From the IMG/VR virus record IMGVR_UViG_3300038379_000173, positions 64,001 through 128,000 of that record: DNA of 64,000 bases, one strand, 5' to 3'. The translations under genes were made by a program, and so were the position numbers. How positions within the stretch are numbered: the first letter of the stretch is position 1; each line of letters opens with the position of its first letter. Of this stretch, positions 18,845 to 28,170 are shown one piece after another. Origin of the DNA: a virus. Taxonomy: Duplodnaviria > Heunggongvirae > Uroviricota > Caudoviricetes. The notes beneath the pieces were generated by a model. That model was not told the origin of the DNA, did no database searches, and saw only the letters and a list, made by a program, of their open reading frames with translations.

Positions 18845-21241
18845 TTAAAGATGTGTGATATCATATGCAACAAAGCTGCCTTTGTTTTTTTTGCCAGTAA
18901 TCAAAACTGGCCGACCTTCCTCAATAATCCATCCAATGGTGAGATAGCGTGATGCAAACACAACCACGTTATCACACATATAGGTATCATCGGATACGCT
19001 CAAGAAGGCCATCCATTGGCCGCGCTTATCCTTAATAGTCCGCACTTTTTCTATCACTACGCCCATCGCGCCGCTCGTACCTTCTTTCAATTTAGGTAGG
19101 TTGGCACACTTTATATTCACACGGTCATTATGATAAAGGTCTACTAGACTTCCAGATAGTGGAACGCCCAAATAGTGCTTTTCCCACGCTATAGCAGTAC
19201 GCTTAGGCGAGCCGCCGGTTAGTTTCTCGATGGTGGCACGCGCCTCAATCAAGCGAGGCTTGCGCGCCTTATTCGGTATCTTAGAATTTATTAATGTATT
19301 AAACGCACCATCAACAGTCGCTTGTTGCCCTAAGAGTGGCCGCACAAAGTCCAACTCACGTGGTGTTAATTCGCTCAGTGTGGCATAATCCCTATAGAGC
19401 TGAAGACGTTGGCGGCCAAGATAATCAACAGTGCCAGATTTAATCAACCCAACCACCACGTCCTTGCGCACCTTATTTTCAAAACACTTTAACAAAAACT
19501 CGTTCGGGTCTTTGACTGTCCGTAGTGTATCAATTTGTTTATGTGCACTTTCTCCGACACCCTTGATGTGTCCAAGTCCAAAAACAATAGTTTTTGAGTC
19601 GAGTTTAGCAAAATCCATGTTGCCCAAAGAGAGATGGGGCGGCTTAATATTCAGACCAAAAAACCGCGCCTCGAAGACTAGCTCTTGGATTTCTTCTAAA
19701 GAATCCTGCTTAGACTCCGAAAAAGTCAACATACTTTTGAAAAACTCTAATGGGTAGTTAGCTTTGGCGTAAGCTGTCCTATATGATATTAGAGCGTAAC
19801 TAACGCCATGTGAGTTAGACACAACAAAGTCGTTAGCAACCCAATTGTGTTCTGGCGTATCCATCTCAACATCATATGTGTCTTCAACTCCAGCACTCTC
19901 TATAGAGATGATAGTAGACGTAGAAGATTTATGTCCTTTATCCCATTGTTTGGCCCGACCCATTTTGTAATCTTCTTTTTTGTGACACGACACGCAAAGT
20001 TTTAGTAGATTTTCTCGAGTATTAACAGTCCTGTCACCATTAACATGATGCCACTCAAGACACTTCGGTTTAACTCCACAAATTTCACAAGTGTTGATAC
20101 CTTTATATTCCTCTTGTATTGAAGACAAAGCAGCAAAATTCTCGTGGATAAACCCGCCATTACGTCTACCAATAGTATCTACTAGCCCGAGTGGATTACC
20201 TCGCTCTGTTGTATCGTGGACGTTGTAAGATTGCTTAACCTCTTCGTCATACTCATCAATATGTGTTATGACAACGCCACCTACGCCAATCTGTCCAATC
20301 TGAACCATACCATTTGGCGTTAGAAATTTATGGTCAAGAGTACACTTTATTGCACGTCCACAGTCATCTCTAATCCAAAAAACTTCTTTCTGGCCATTAT
20401 AATGAATGGTTTTTATAGGAGCAGGCCGCACTCGTCCATCTGAATGTAAAGCTAGACACTTACCATACCCTTCTCGAAGAAGTTTTTTACGCATAGGTTG
20501 TTGTTTATGTTTTAATGCATACTTAGAGTCATTCATAAGTCGATACAAGTGACCAACTCTTTGTATGTTTCCATGTTCGTTACCAGATGGCCTAATTAGG
20601 ACGGTTTCACCAGAAACACACCTATTAAACGAATAGCCTGAAAACTTCTCCATCCAATCCCAAATAGATTCAGCCAACTTTCTATCATTACCTTTCTTGA
20701 CGGCTCCTTCTATAAATTTACCTTTGATTTCTGCCATCAAAGCAGGTAACTTTTTACCAGTCGCTTTTCTGTATGAGTCTGCCTCTTTTAATGAGAAACC
20801 AGCAAAGTCCGCACAAATTCTCATCAGTTGTTCTTGATAAACAGGCACGGAAAACGTTTCGCCTAAAATGGGTTCCAGACACTCATGAACATATTCTGGC
20901 TCCCACTCGCCATTTTTTACTTTAATGTAAGTATTGGTGATGGAGCTAAACTCTCCCGGCTTATCAGGTTTTTCTCTAAACTCTGCCTCAATACAACCTG
21001 GCCTAATTAATGATAGAACATCACTTAGCTCCGCAATACTACGCGGCTTAATCTCCTGACAATAACGCTTACCTAGCTGCTTTTCAAGCTGAAAGACGCC
21101 TTTGGTAAACCCAGACGAGAGAAGGTCCCAAGTTTTTTTATCATCCAATGGAATGACATTGAAATTAAGCTTCCGCTTGCGCTTCTCGATAGCATCGATA
21201 GCGTTAGCACGAACGGTTGCGGTGGTAGACAAATCAGTCAT
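18845..21241 (-). CDS. dnaE: DNA polymerase III alpha subunit, C-terminal half (fingers/HhH/OB), contains an intein
   Basis: IPLDDKKTWDLL, GVFQLE, LIRPG, VYQEQLM, GYSFN..SH, YPLEF, FGLGHIKGVG, OB fold with MAFLSVSD. Confidence 0.92.
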   Translation of the reverse strand: MTDLSTTATVRANAIDAIEKRKRKLNFNVIPLDDKKTWDLLSSGFTKGVFQLEKQLGKRYCQEIKPRSIAELSDVLSLIRPGCIEAEFREKPDKPGEFSSITNTYIKVKNGEWEPEYVHECLEPILGETFSVPVYQEQLMRICADFAGFSLKEADSYRKATGKKLPALMAEIKGKFIEGAVKKGNDRKLAESIWDWMEKFSGYSFNRCVSGETVLIRPSGNEHGNIQRVGHLYRLMNDSKYALKHKQQPMRKKLLREGYGKCLALHSDGRVRPAPIKTIHYNGQKEVFWIRDDCGRAIKCTLDHKFLTPNGMVQIGQIGVGGVVITHIDEYDEEVKQSYNVHDTTERGNPLGLVDTIGRRNGGFIHENFAALSSIQEEYKGINTCEICGVKPKCLEWHHVNGDRTVNTRENLLKLCVSCHKKEDYKMGRAKQWDKGHKSSTSTIISIESAGVEDTYDVEMDTPEHNWVANDFVVSNSHGVSYALISYRTAYAKANYPLEFFKSMLTFSESKQDSLEEIQELVFEARFFGLNIKPPHLSLGNMDFAKLDSKTIVFGLGHIKGVGESAHKQIDTLRTVKDPNEFLLKCFENKVRKDVVVGLIKSGTVDYLGRQRLQLYRDYATLSELTPRELDFVRPLLGQQATVDGAFNTLINSKIPNKARKPRLIEARATIEKLTGGSPKRTAIAWEKHYLGVPLSGSLVDLYHNDRVNIKCANLPKLKEGTSGAMGVVIEKVRTIKDKRGQWMAFLSVSDDTYMCDNVVVFASRYLTIGWIIEEGRPVLITGKKNKGSFVAYDITHL
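19814..20620 (-). mobile_element. Cis-splicing intein (269 aa) with HNH endonuclease domain in dnaE-C
   Basis: Starts CVSGET, block B CTLDHKF, HNH CEICG...WHHVNGDRTVNTRENLLKLCVSCH, block F TYDVEM, ends FVVSN followed by Ser+1. Extein junction GYSFNR|SHGVSY matches the conserved FNK-SH site. Confidence 0.92.
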
Positions 21242-21561
21242 TGGCCGCCTTTGTCAAACTTTACACCGTGCTGTTTCTCTAATTCTTTTTTCATAACTTC
21301 CGTGTTACGTTGCTGCTCAGCTTTTTCTTCGTCCTTCTCACCAATCTCGTGTCCGTAGGTTTTCTTGAACCAATCGCCCGCTCGAACCTTCGGAATGCCG
21401 AAGGAAAATGTTGTTAAACATGGACGCCGCATCATAGTGCCTAAACAATGTTGACATAGATAAGTTTTATCTAACTCCTCCGTGGAAAATCCTTGTACCC
21501 AGCGACTTTCTTGATAATTGCACGTGTCGCATCTATAGATGTGATTAGGCATTGTTGGCAC
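21238..21561 (-). CDS. FmdB-like zinc-ribbon protein
   Basis: MPNHIYRCDTC...CQHC pattern. Confidence 0.7.
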   Translation of the reverse strand: MPTMPNHIYRCDTCNYQESRWVQGFSTEELDKTYLCQHCLGTMMRRPCLTTFSFGIPKVRAGDWFKKTYGHEIGEKDEEKAEQQRNTEVMKKELEKQHGVKFDKGGQ

Positions 21562-22012
21562 TCAAAAAGAAAGATTTGTGTGGCGCTGAAGCTATGATGT
21601 CCTTGATAGACACGATAGCAAGAGTGAAACGTTTGCCGTCCCCGCCATTTTTGATTTTAACACACTTTGATGTGTCAAGGAATGAACGAAGGGCCGCGGT
21701 TTCAAATGCAAAAATAAGACGTTGTGTCCCTTCACACGGCACCACGTAATAGACCCAGGTGGCCCCAGTAGTTGTGATACCAGTGGCGCCCTTATTATTA
21801 GCCAATTCAAAACACAGATTGCCGGTGCGCTTAGCCATTATGTCATATTTAACTTCAACGTAAACATCCCCATCGGGGCGCTCTAATTTAATGTCGCCCA
21901 ACTGCTGAGTGGCCTTATCACACTCCACCACTACCTCGCCTTGGTCGGCAAAGAAATCCATTAGGAGTCCTACGGCCTCTTTAGAGGCGGCCATGTCTTT
22001 TACAAAGCCCAC
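21545..22012 (-). CDS. PD-(D/E)XK-like nuclease fold protein
   Basis: GDI...YVEVKYD...TGNLCFE. Confidence 0.6.
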   Translation of the reverse strand: MGFVKDMAASKEAVGLLMDFFADQGEVVVECDKATQQLGDIKLERPDGDVYVEVKYDIMAKRTGNLCFELANNKGATGITTTGATWVYYVVPCEGTQRLIFAFETAALRSFLDTSKCVKIKNGGDGKRFTLAIVSIKDIIASAPHKSFFLSANNA

Positions 22013-22552
22013 TTAGGAAACCTTAGCTTTCTTGGTCCCACGCCTTGTACGCATAACTGCTCTACTAGGAACTAAAACTGTGGCGGCAGACTTCTTAGTC
22101 TCTAGTATAATATCGTTGATGGGCTTCACTGCTTTCCTAATAGACATATGAGCAATAGGTTCACCAGGCGAAACAATCACTGGCACGTCATTGTTGTTTG
22201 TTAATACGACTGTAACTGGACCATTTAAACCTTGTTTTATAACTGGAATCATCATAATGCCGAGAGTTGCCAAATCATCCAACCCTTGGATGAGAACCTC
22301 ATAAGGTGATGATAAAGTAATACTGAAACCCAAGTTTATTTCTTTAGAACTACGCGGCCCTATTACCCAATCAGCCGGCTGAGCTTCTGTCCATTTTGCT
22401 GTAAACACCGGCCTGTCTTTTAAATGACGAACGAGAACGCCCATTGTGACATCAGAAGGTTTAGGGCAAAATCCACTATAAACCCAAAAGCCAGATTTGG
22501 TTTTTGTCGGTTGACTAGCATCTTCATGTAATAATTCTATTGAAACTTTCAT
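22013..22552 (-). CDS. Degenerate dUTPase-fold protein
   Basis: Collinear with the neighbouring dut (LLHEDASQPT; LGFSI; VVLTN; PGEPIAH) but lacks the RSG, GTID and GFGSTG motifs. Confidence 0.7.
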   Translation of the reverse strand: MKVSIELLHEDASQPTKTKSGFWVYSGFCPKPSDVTMGVLVRHLKDRPVFTAKWTEAQPADWVIGPRSSKEINLGFSITLSSPYEVLIQGLDDLATLGIMMIPVIKQGLNGPVTVVLTNNNDVPVIVSPGEPIAHMSIRKAVKPINDIILETKKSAATVLVPSRAVMRTRRGTKKAKVS

Positions 22553-22563
22553 TATCTGCCTTC

Positions 22564-23112
22564 CTATCTTGTTCCTGTTGAGCCAAAGCCGCCTTGGCCG
22601 CGCTCTGTCTTAGGAAGCTCGTCCACAAGTTCCAAGACGATTTTAGGTGCACGCTTAATACAAATCTGTGCTATTTTGTCTCCTGGACGTATAATGATGT
22701 TTCTATCATTTAAATTAGTTAGAAGTGCGCACATTTCCCCAGTAAAACCGCTGTCAATTGTTCCAAGACCATTTGCAACCATTATATTTTTGGCGGCCAA
22801 CCCACTCCTACAGCGCAATTGTACTTCCCAACCTGGAGGTGTAGCAATACTGAACCCTAATGAAACTTTGGCAGGAGTCATTGGTTGAAGTAGCCATCCA
22901 CCTACTGGAATAGGTTCTAAATGCCATAGGACAGAGACTTTGTTGACATTAACTTCCGGCAAAAAGGCACCTATCATTAACTCCCGTTCTTTATTTGGAT
23001 TCACTGATGCATAAACGTCCATACATGAATCATCATCGTGCGCATAAGTTGGCAACTGCGCATCTGGATGTAAAAGTTTAATAGGTAAGCCCACTAATTC
23101 CCGCTCTGACAT
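22564..23112 (-). CDS. dut: Trimeric dUTPase
   Basis: All five motifs: MDVYA, RSGLA, GTIDSGFTG, GDKIAQ, ERGQGGFGSTG. Confidence 0.95.
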   Translation of the reverse strand: MSERELVGLPIKLLHPDAQLPTYAHDDDSCMDVYASVNPNKERELMIGAFLPEVNVNKVSVLWHLEPIPVGGWLLQPMTPAKVSLGFSIATPPGWEVQLRCRSGLAAKNIMVANGLGTIDSGFTGEMCALLTNLNDRNIIIRPGDKIAQICIKRAPKIVLELVDELPKTERGQGGFGSTGTR

Positions 23113-23415
23113 TTAATCCTCACAATCTTCTTCGGTATCTTCTTCAATATAAGCTATACTAGGATATCTCTCTACGATAAGAGAAGCAATGCTATCTGGC
23201 ACATTGTGAAGAACACTCCAATGTGTATCACCATCTGCTGTGATGTCATGTCCAGCTACAATAGAAGCAATTTGCTGTAGTTGTTTAGCAGCCTCAGCCA
23301 ACTCCGACCCCCAATTTTCTAGAGCAACAAAAACTTGTGCATTTGGCGCTTTTGCTAAATGATGCGCAAAATCGTCACCATTTTTCCAATAAGGAAAGAT
23401 TCTAATAGATTTCAT
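23113..23415 (-). CDS. Hypothetical protein
   Basis: Coupled ORF with no gaps to its neighbours; acidic C-terminus. Confidence 0.6.
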   Translation of the reverse strand: MKSIRIFPYWKNGDDFAHHLAKAPNAQVFVALENWGSELAEAAKQLQQIASIVAGHDITADGDTHWSVLHNVPDSIASLIVERYPSIAYIEEDTEEDCED

Positions 23416-25289
23416 TATTCCACTCCATTAACCTGCTTCTCAATGTCGTCCAACACATCCAGGGTTTTAAGCCCCAGTACGTCCACTTTAAGGTAGCCCA
23501 AAGAATCCAGGGTGTCCATGTCCCACTCGGTCATCATGGTCTCCTCGCGTGTATTCCACGAGAGAGGGAAGCCATTTTCAAAGGGCTCATCAGAAATAAC
23601 CACGCCGGCCGCGTGTGTCCCGCGATTTTTGGGGCACCCTTCCAATTTCTGTGCGATGCGGAAGAGGCGCGGATATTTTTCGGCATATTCCTTGATTTTA
23701 TCCGACTCCTCAAGAGCCTCTTTTAATGAGACGGCTTGGCCGTGCTTGAGTGGCACATAGCGGGTCATTACATTGGCATCGTCATAATCCATGCCGCCCT
23801 GACTACCTAGTATCTTAGCCGTATCCTTTAAGACAGCCTTGGAGCCTAGAGTGTTGAATGTAACAATCTGGGCAACCCTGTTGGTGCCAAAACGCTCCTT
23901 GATATAGTCCACGACGCGCTTACGGTCCTTCTGTGAAAAGTCAAGGTCGATATCAGCAAGGGAGCCTTTACGGCCTGCGTTGTAAAAACGTTCCCACAAT
24001 AGCCCGTATTGTAGAGGCTCCACGCCGGTAATACCAATGCAGTAGGAGACCATGGACCCCGCACTCGAGCCGCGCCCGGTACCTGTCGCAATTCCTTGCG
24101 CACGCGCCCACGTAACTATATCCCAGATGATTAGAAAATAGTCGGCAAGGCCGGCATCTTTGATGTCTCTAAGCTCCCTAGAGAGACGCTCGCGATGTTC
24201 ATCTGTGCGGTCAAACCAACTGCACTGATATCTTTGTTCATATCCTTTCATTACTAACTCACAGAGATAATTGAAAGCACCCATGTCCTTAGGCTCACTC
24301 TGAATATCAATGCACTCTTTGGCCGCCGAACATCCAGTTTGGTCGTGGTCAGGTAGGAATTCATAGCGCGGCAGATGTAATTTTTTTTCAATAACAACAT
24401 CTCCGATGCGGTCAGCAATAGCCGCACTCTCTTCAATTTCACTTTGAAAGAGCGAGGTAGCTCTCTGCACGCCATCTTCGGTTGTAAGTGGTTCATACAA
24501 CATGTGATGGGCATCTTTCAACCAATACTCGCGAGTAGAGTAGTATGGACGATATTTTTGTCCTTCTACGTTATCCTGCGGGCCGCCTTTAATCGGGTCA
24601 TCAAATGTGTTGTAGGTACGAATAGCCCAGATACCCTCATGTGCCTCAACATCATCCCTATCGACATAATGGGCGTCCTGACACCCAACTACTTTAACCC
24701 CCAATTGGGAGGCAAAGCGCCGCATTACTTCGTTAACCTTCGGTTGAATGTTCAGGCCGCCATCTTGGACCTCAAGATAAAAACGGTCTCCAAAAATTCC
24801 ATGGAGTGTTTTAGCGTGCTCAAAGGCATCATCATATTTCTCTTCGGCAATGTTATATGGCACAATACCCTTCAGGCATGCTGTCAGACAAATCAATCCA
24901 TTCGAATGTTCGCGCAAGTCCTTATAGTCAATACGTGGGGCATAATAGAATTTTTCATTAGCCTTAGTGGTCAGCTTTTTGATGTTAGTCCAACCTTCTT
25001 GGTCCATCGCCATAAGGATTAGATGATGGTTCTTACGATTCTTCTCTTCCTTAGCCTTAGCGGCATCTGCTTGGAAATAAAACTCTTGCGCCAAAATTGG
25101 CTTTATCTTCGCCTTTCGACATTCGTTGTAGAACTCTGGTGTTCCAGCACAAGTCCCATGGTCTGTGAGAGCAATGGCAGGGTGGGAGTATTCTACTGCA
25201 CGTTTAACGATATCCGGTATTTTACTAACCGCGTCCAATGCGGAATACGTGCTGTGGAGATGGAGATGAACCATATTAACTTTTGCCAT
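23415..25289 (-). CDS. dnaE: DNA polymerase III alpha subunit, N-terminal half (PHP + palm/thumb)
   Basis: HLHLHS, TDHG, QEFY, TAC, QDAHY (complete PHP metal ligands), GRGSSAGS, DIDLDF, HAAGVV, KVDVLGL; start refined to ATG 25289. Confidence 0.95.
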   Translation of the reverse strand: MAKVNMVHLHLHSTYSALDAVSKIPDIVKRAVEYSHPAIALTDHGTCAGTPEFYNECRKAKIKPILAQEFYFQADAAKAKEEKNRKNHHLILMAMDQEGWTNIKKLTTKANEKFYYAPRIDYKDLREHSNGLICLTACLKGIVPYNIAEEKYDDAFEHAKTLHGIFGDRFYLEVQDGGLNIQPKVNEVMRRFASQLGVKVVGCQDAHYVDRDDVEAHEGIWAIRTYNTFDDPIKGGPQDNVEGQKYRPYYSTREYWLKDAHHMLYEPLTTEDGVQRATSLFQSEIEESAAIADRIGDVVIEKKLHLPRYEFLPDHDQTGCSAAKECIDIQSEPKDMGAFNYLCELVMKGYEQRYQCSWFDRTDEHRERLSRELRDIKDAGLADYFLIIWDIVTWARAQGIATGTGRGSSAGSMVSYCIGITGVEPLQYGLLWERFYNAGRKGSLADIDLDFSQKDRKRVVDYIKERFGTNRVAQIVTFNTLGSKAVLKDTAKILGSQGGMDYDDANVMTRYVPLKHGQAVSLKEALEESDKIKEYAEKYPRLFRIAQKLEGCPKNRGTHAAGVVISDEPFENGFPLSWNTREETMMTEWDMDTLDSLGYLKVDVLGLKTLDVLDDIEKQVNGVE

Positions 25290-25497
25290 ACAAACCGCCC
25301 CTGTGACAAACAAAATACACTTCTATGGCATCCTTATGAATGAATGCAGAAGACTCCAATAAACCAATCAACCTATCGTCCTGCCTAAGCCACTTAGGTT
25401 CCTTCAGCACAAAATTCTCGCCCCTCATCCTAAAATCATTCGCGTAAATCTTCGTCTTGTCCGCTAATTGGAGTATTATTGGCCGCTTCTTCGACAT
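25276..25497 (-). CDS. Hypothetical protein
   Basis: MSKKRPIILQL...; RBS-like GGGGG upstream; overlaps both neighbours. Confidence 0.5.
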   Translation of the reverse strand: MSKKRPIILQLADKTKIYANDFRMRGENFVLKEPKWLRQDDRLIGLLESSAFIHKDAIEVYFVCHRGGLYGKS

Positions 25498-26557
25498 AAC
25501 CCCCACCTTTAAAAATCTCAGCATGGCCGCCACAGGCATATAGGATGGATTTAATATTTTTTGGATTTATTGATTGGCCGACAACTGCATATATAGAGCC
25601 CCAACATGGGCCGCCCTGACCACTATACGAGCACGTAATGGTCGGCAGAACGAACTTTCCGCGCTTCTTGAATTCCTTGTGAATTTCGGTACAATCGTCC
25701 CACCCTATACAATAGCGGCACAACCAAATTGGTTTGCGCTCTGGATTATCATTATTATCTATTCGATTAAATGCTCCATGTAATGCACGTAACGTTACAC
25801 CATCATCTTTCTCGTCAAACGCACATGTGACTGGTTTGGTTTTTAAGTAGTGGAGTGTAACCATGATGTATTTATACTGTGGCCACATTTGGCGGGCCAC
25901 CGCTGCATAAATACGCACCTGTGGGTCTTTGCAAGCCGCGTCATAACTCATAGCCTTGCCGGTCTTATAGTCTATTACTTCTAAGGTATTAGGATTATTC
26001 TCTATAACCAAATCCATGTAACCTTTAACCGGCACACCGCCTAGAGACGTTATGAATTCCTGCTCGACACCTAAAACCTTGGCCACCAAAGCACCGTTGG
26101 CGTCTAACTTAAATGGATTATAGTCAGTGCGCTGCAAAGTTTTTTCTACTAACGCCAAATCCTCTAGAAAGTTAGGCCGCGGGCATCCTTCAACATTTGA
26201 GATAAGCACATTTGCAGGCTCACACCGTCCGTCTTTTGTTGCTAATGGACAACTCTCGCACGACTTAGCCACCGGATGAGTGTGACCCTTATCTGGTGCA
26301 CGATTATCCAAAGTCCACAAGGAGGTTTGCGCGTAGTAATCTAGAAGAACCTGCCGGTAATCTGCCGAAGCATTCTCGGTGCGCCCTAGTTTTGCATTAG
26401 TCCATTTTTCTAGTGCAACGTGGACAGCATTGCCTTTCTCGGCCCAAATATTACCAACCTTGAGTGGTGGGTATTGGAGATGATAGTTCAAAAAGTACTT
26501 AAATTGACATTGTTCGTATTCTTTGATGCGCGAAGCTGTAGCATAAGGTATATGCAT
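25436..26557 (-). CDS. Cas4/AddB-like PD-(D/E)XK exonuclease with Fe-S staple
   Basis: YEQCQFKY, GNAVH, GYMDL, IDYKTG, QVRIY, CRYC...C. Confidence 0.85.
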   Translation of the reverse strand: MHIPYATASRIKEYEQCQFKYFLNYHLQYPPLKVGNIWAEKGNAVHVALEKWTNAKLGRTENASADYRQVLLDYYAQTSLWTLDNRAPDKGHTHPVAKSCESCPLATKDGRCEPANVLISNVEGCPRPNFLEDLALVEKTLQRTDYNPFKLDANGALVAKVLGVEQEFITSLGGVPVKGYMDLVIENNPNTLEVIDYKTGKAMSYDAACKDPQVRIYAAVARQMWPQYKYIMVTLHYLKTKPVTCAFDEKDDGVTLRALHGAFNRIDNNDNPERKPIWLCRYCIGWDDCTEIHKEFKKRGKFVLPTITCSYSGQGGPCWGSIYAVVGQSINPKNIKSILYACGGHAEIFKGGGYVEEAANNTPISGQDEDLRE

Positions 26558-27559
26558 CTATAAAATCCATTCCCAGTCTATTGAAAGTCCAAGGGCGGCC
26601 AATTTAGCCTCGCACTCTTGTCGTTCACGGTTAGTTTTGAGCACCCCTTTAGAATTACGTTCCAGCCAACCCCAACCCTGAGCAGCTTGCTTCGCCTCTA
26701 CTTGTTTACCACCAACAATCGCCTTGAGAACGACTTTCTCGCGCGCTGAAAACACCACTGCATTACGCATCGGATGATAATCGTTAAAGGCGGCCCAAGT
26801 AATGGGCGTCCAACGCGCCACGATTTCATTTCCTATTACATTGGCATAGGAGCGGATTTCCTCTTGGGCATGAGCATCCATCCGGAGTGCTAGAAAATGA
26901 AGGAGATTGTGAAGGTCTATTTTCCAGTATGCTTCAGTATAGGTACTAAGTGGAAGGTCTTTGCGAGCCTGTTCGCGAGCGACTCCAAATTTTAATCTCT
27001 CTTCATATACATTTCTAGATATTTTTTGCAAATTAGATTCACACTCTGACAAATGCTCCCCAACTAATAAAGCGTGGTTCTCTTCTGAACCAACTAGAAA
27101 ATCTGAGCCGATAATACTAGGTTCTTCTTGAGGCATCCAACCAGTAATATATCCTGCACTGCCCTGTTTATTGTTTGTTGCTTGCAACCGCCACTTGTCT
27201 TGTGGAGTTTTTTGACACGAGTCAATAGCTTCCGAATAGCGGGTGCTATATTCATTCGTTGAGCTTTGCCTGTGGCGTATCCATTGACGCCACGTATCCA
27301 TAGGTACACGGACATGTAATTTTATCTCGCACATTTCAAATGGAGTGGTGTGTTTATGGCGCATTAAATAACGAATCAATCCTTCGTCGTCCGAAACTTT
27401 TTTAGTACCGCGACCATAGCTACAACGCGCCGCTTGTACTATCGACTCGTCCCCGCCCATGTAATCCACGACATAAACAAATCCATCGTCCAACACCTGG
27501 AACTTGCGCCCCAAGATTTCATCTAGTGCCGGTACGACCACACGACCAAACTCACTCAC
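26558..27559 (-). CDS. thyX: FAD-dependent thymidylate synthase
   Basis: AARCSY, HTTPFE, RQWIRHR...NEYSTRY, AREQAR..LP, NLLHFLALR, AQEEIR. Confidence 0.96.
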   Translation of the reverse strand: MSEFGRVVVPALDEILGRKFQVLDDGFVYVVDYMGGDESIVQAARCSYGRGTKKVSDDEGLIRYLMRHKHTTPFEMCEIKLHVRVPMDTWRQWIRHRQSSTNEYSTRYSEAIDSCQKTPQDKWRLQATNNKQGSAGYITGWMPQEEPSIIGSDFLVGSEENHALLVGEHLSECESNLQKISRNVYEERLKFGVAREQARKDLPLSTYTEAYWKIDLHNLLHFLALRMDAHAQEEIRSYANVIGNEIVARWTPITWAAFNDYHPMRNAVVFSAREKVVLKAIVGGKQVEAKQAAQGWGWLERNSKGVLKTNRERQECEAKLAALGLSIDWEWIL

Positions 27560-27599
27560 GTGTCACCTCAAACGCCAATCTATCGCTAGTAGAGTCATA

Positions 27600-27941
27600 C
27601 TAAATTCTCTTACCACCATGTCGCCACGGCCGCGTTTTGTTGTAGGCATTCTTCTGCGCCACAGCATCTTCTAAGTCAATACCAAAGGACTCTGCTGTGT
27701 CCAATACTCTGATAAAAATATCAGCTAATTCAGTCGGAAAACCCTGCAACTTACCATTCTCGTCCTTCCAGACCTTGGTAGGCGAAAAGTCACTCTTGCG
27801 GGCCAACTCCCATGCCTCGCTAACCTCTCCATGAATATTACCGAGATACTTGTAGATATCATCCTCACGGGGAAGGTTTTCATGCCAGCCACGACTTTTT
27901 GCGGTAGCCCAGACTTCCTTCTGCCATTCCTTGATAGTCAT
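27600..27941 (-). CDS. MazG-like NTP pyrophosphohydrolase
   Basis: IHGEVSEAWE...ELADIFIR...KNAYNKTRPWRHGGK. Confidence 0.85.
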   Translation of the reverse strand: MTIKEWQKEVWATAKSRGWHENLPREDDIYKYLGNIHGEVSEAWELARKSDFSPTKVWKDENGKLQGFPTELADIFIRVLDTAESFGIDLEDAVAQKNAYNKTRPWRHGGKRI

Positions 27942-28147
27942 ACTGTTCCGCCCATCCTTACCGGATAAATGTCAATAATATTACCATATCCATCAAAATA
28001 AAACTTGGCGGCCTGACCTACAACAACTTTATGTTCATTAGCGCCAAACCGCTCACACCAATGGTTGTCATTCAAGAAAAGCTCATTCGAGTGCTTGGAG
28101 AAATTTGCATTAGTAAGTATTTGTTGGAGACATTCTAAGTCAGTCAT
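27938..28147 (-). CDS. Hypothetical protein
   Basis: Coupled ORF (ATGA overlap). Confidence 0.55.
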   Translation of the reverse strand: MTDLECLQQILTNANFSKHSNELFLNDNHWCERFGANEHKVVVGQAAKFYFDGYGNIIDIYPVRMGGTV

Positions 28148-28170
28148 CTATTGCCTTTCAAAAAGTCAAT

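Noticed and set aside
21241-23415. Split intein or group I/II intron joining the dnaE halves
   Set aside because: No intein N/C motifs at either fragment end, and the gap is fully occupied by five coupled ORFs.
25436-26557. CRISPR-Cas system suggested by the Cas4-like gene
   Set aside because: No repeat-spacer array, cas1 or cas2 seen; solo Cas4-like nucleases are common in phage replication modules.
2150-26560. Identical TAGATGCATAT stop-start junction at 2158 and 26558
   Set aside because: Only 11 bp; abutting stop-start junctions are common here (22012/22013, 23112/23113), so probably coincidence.
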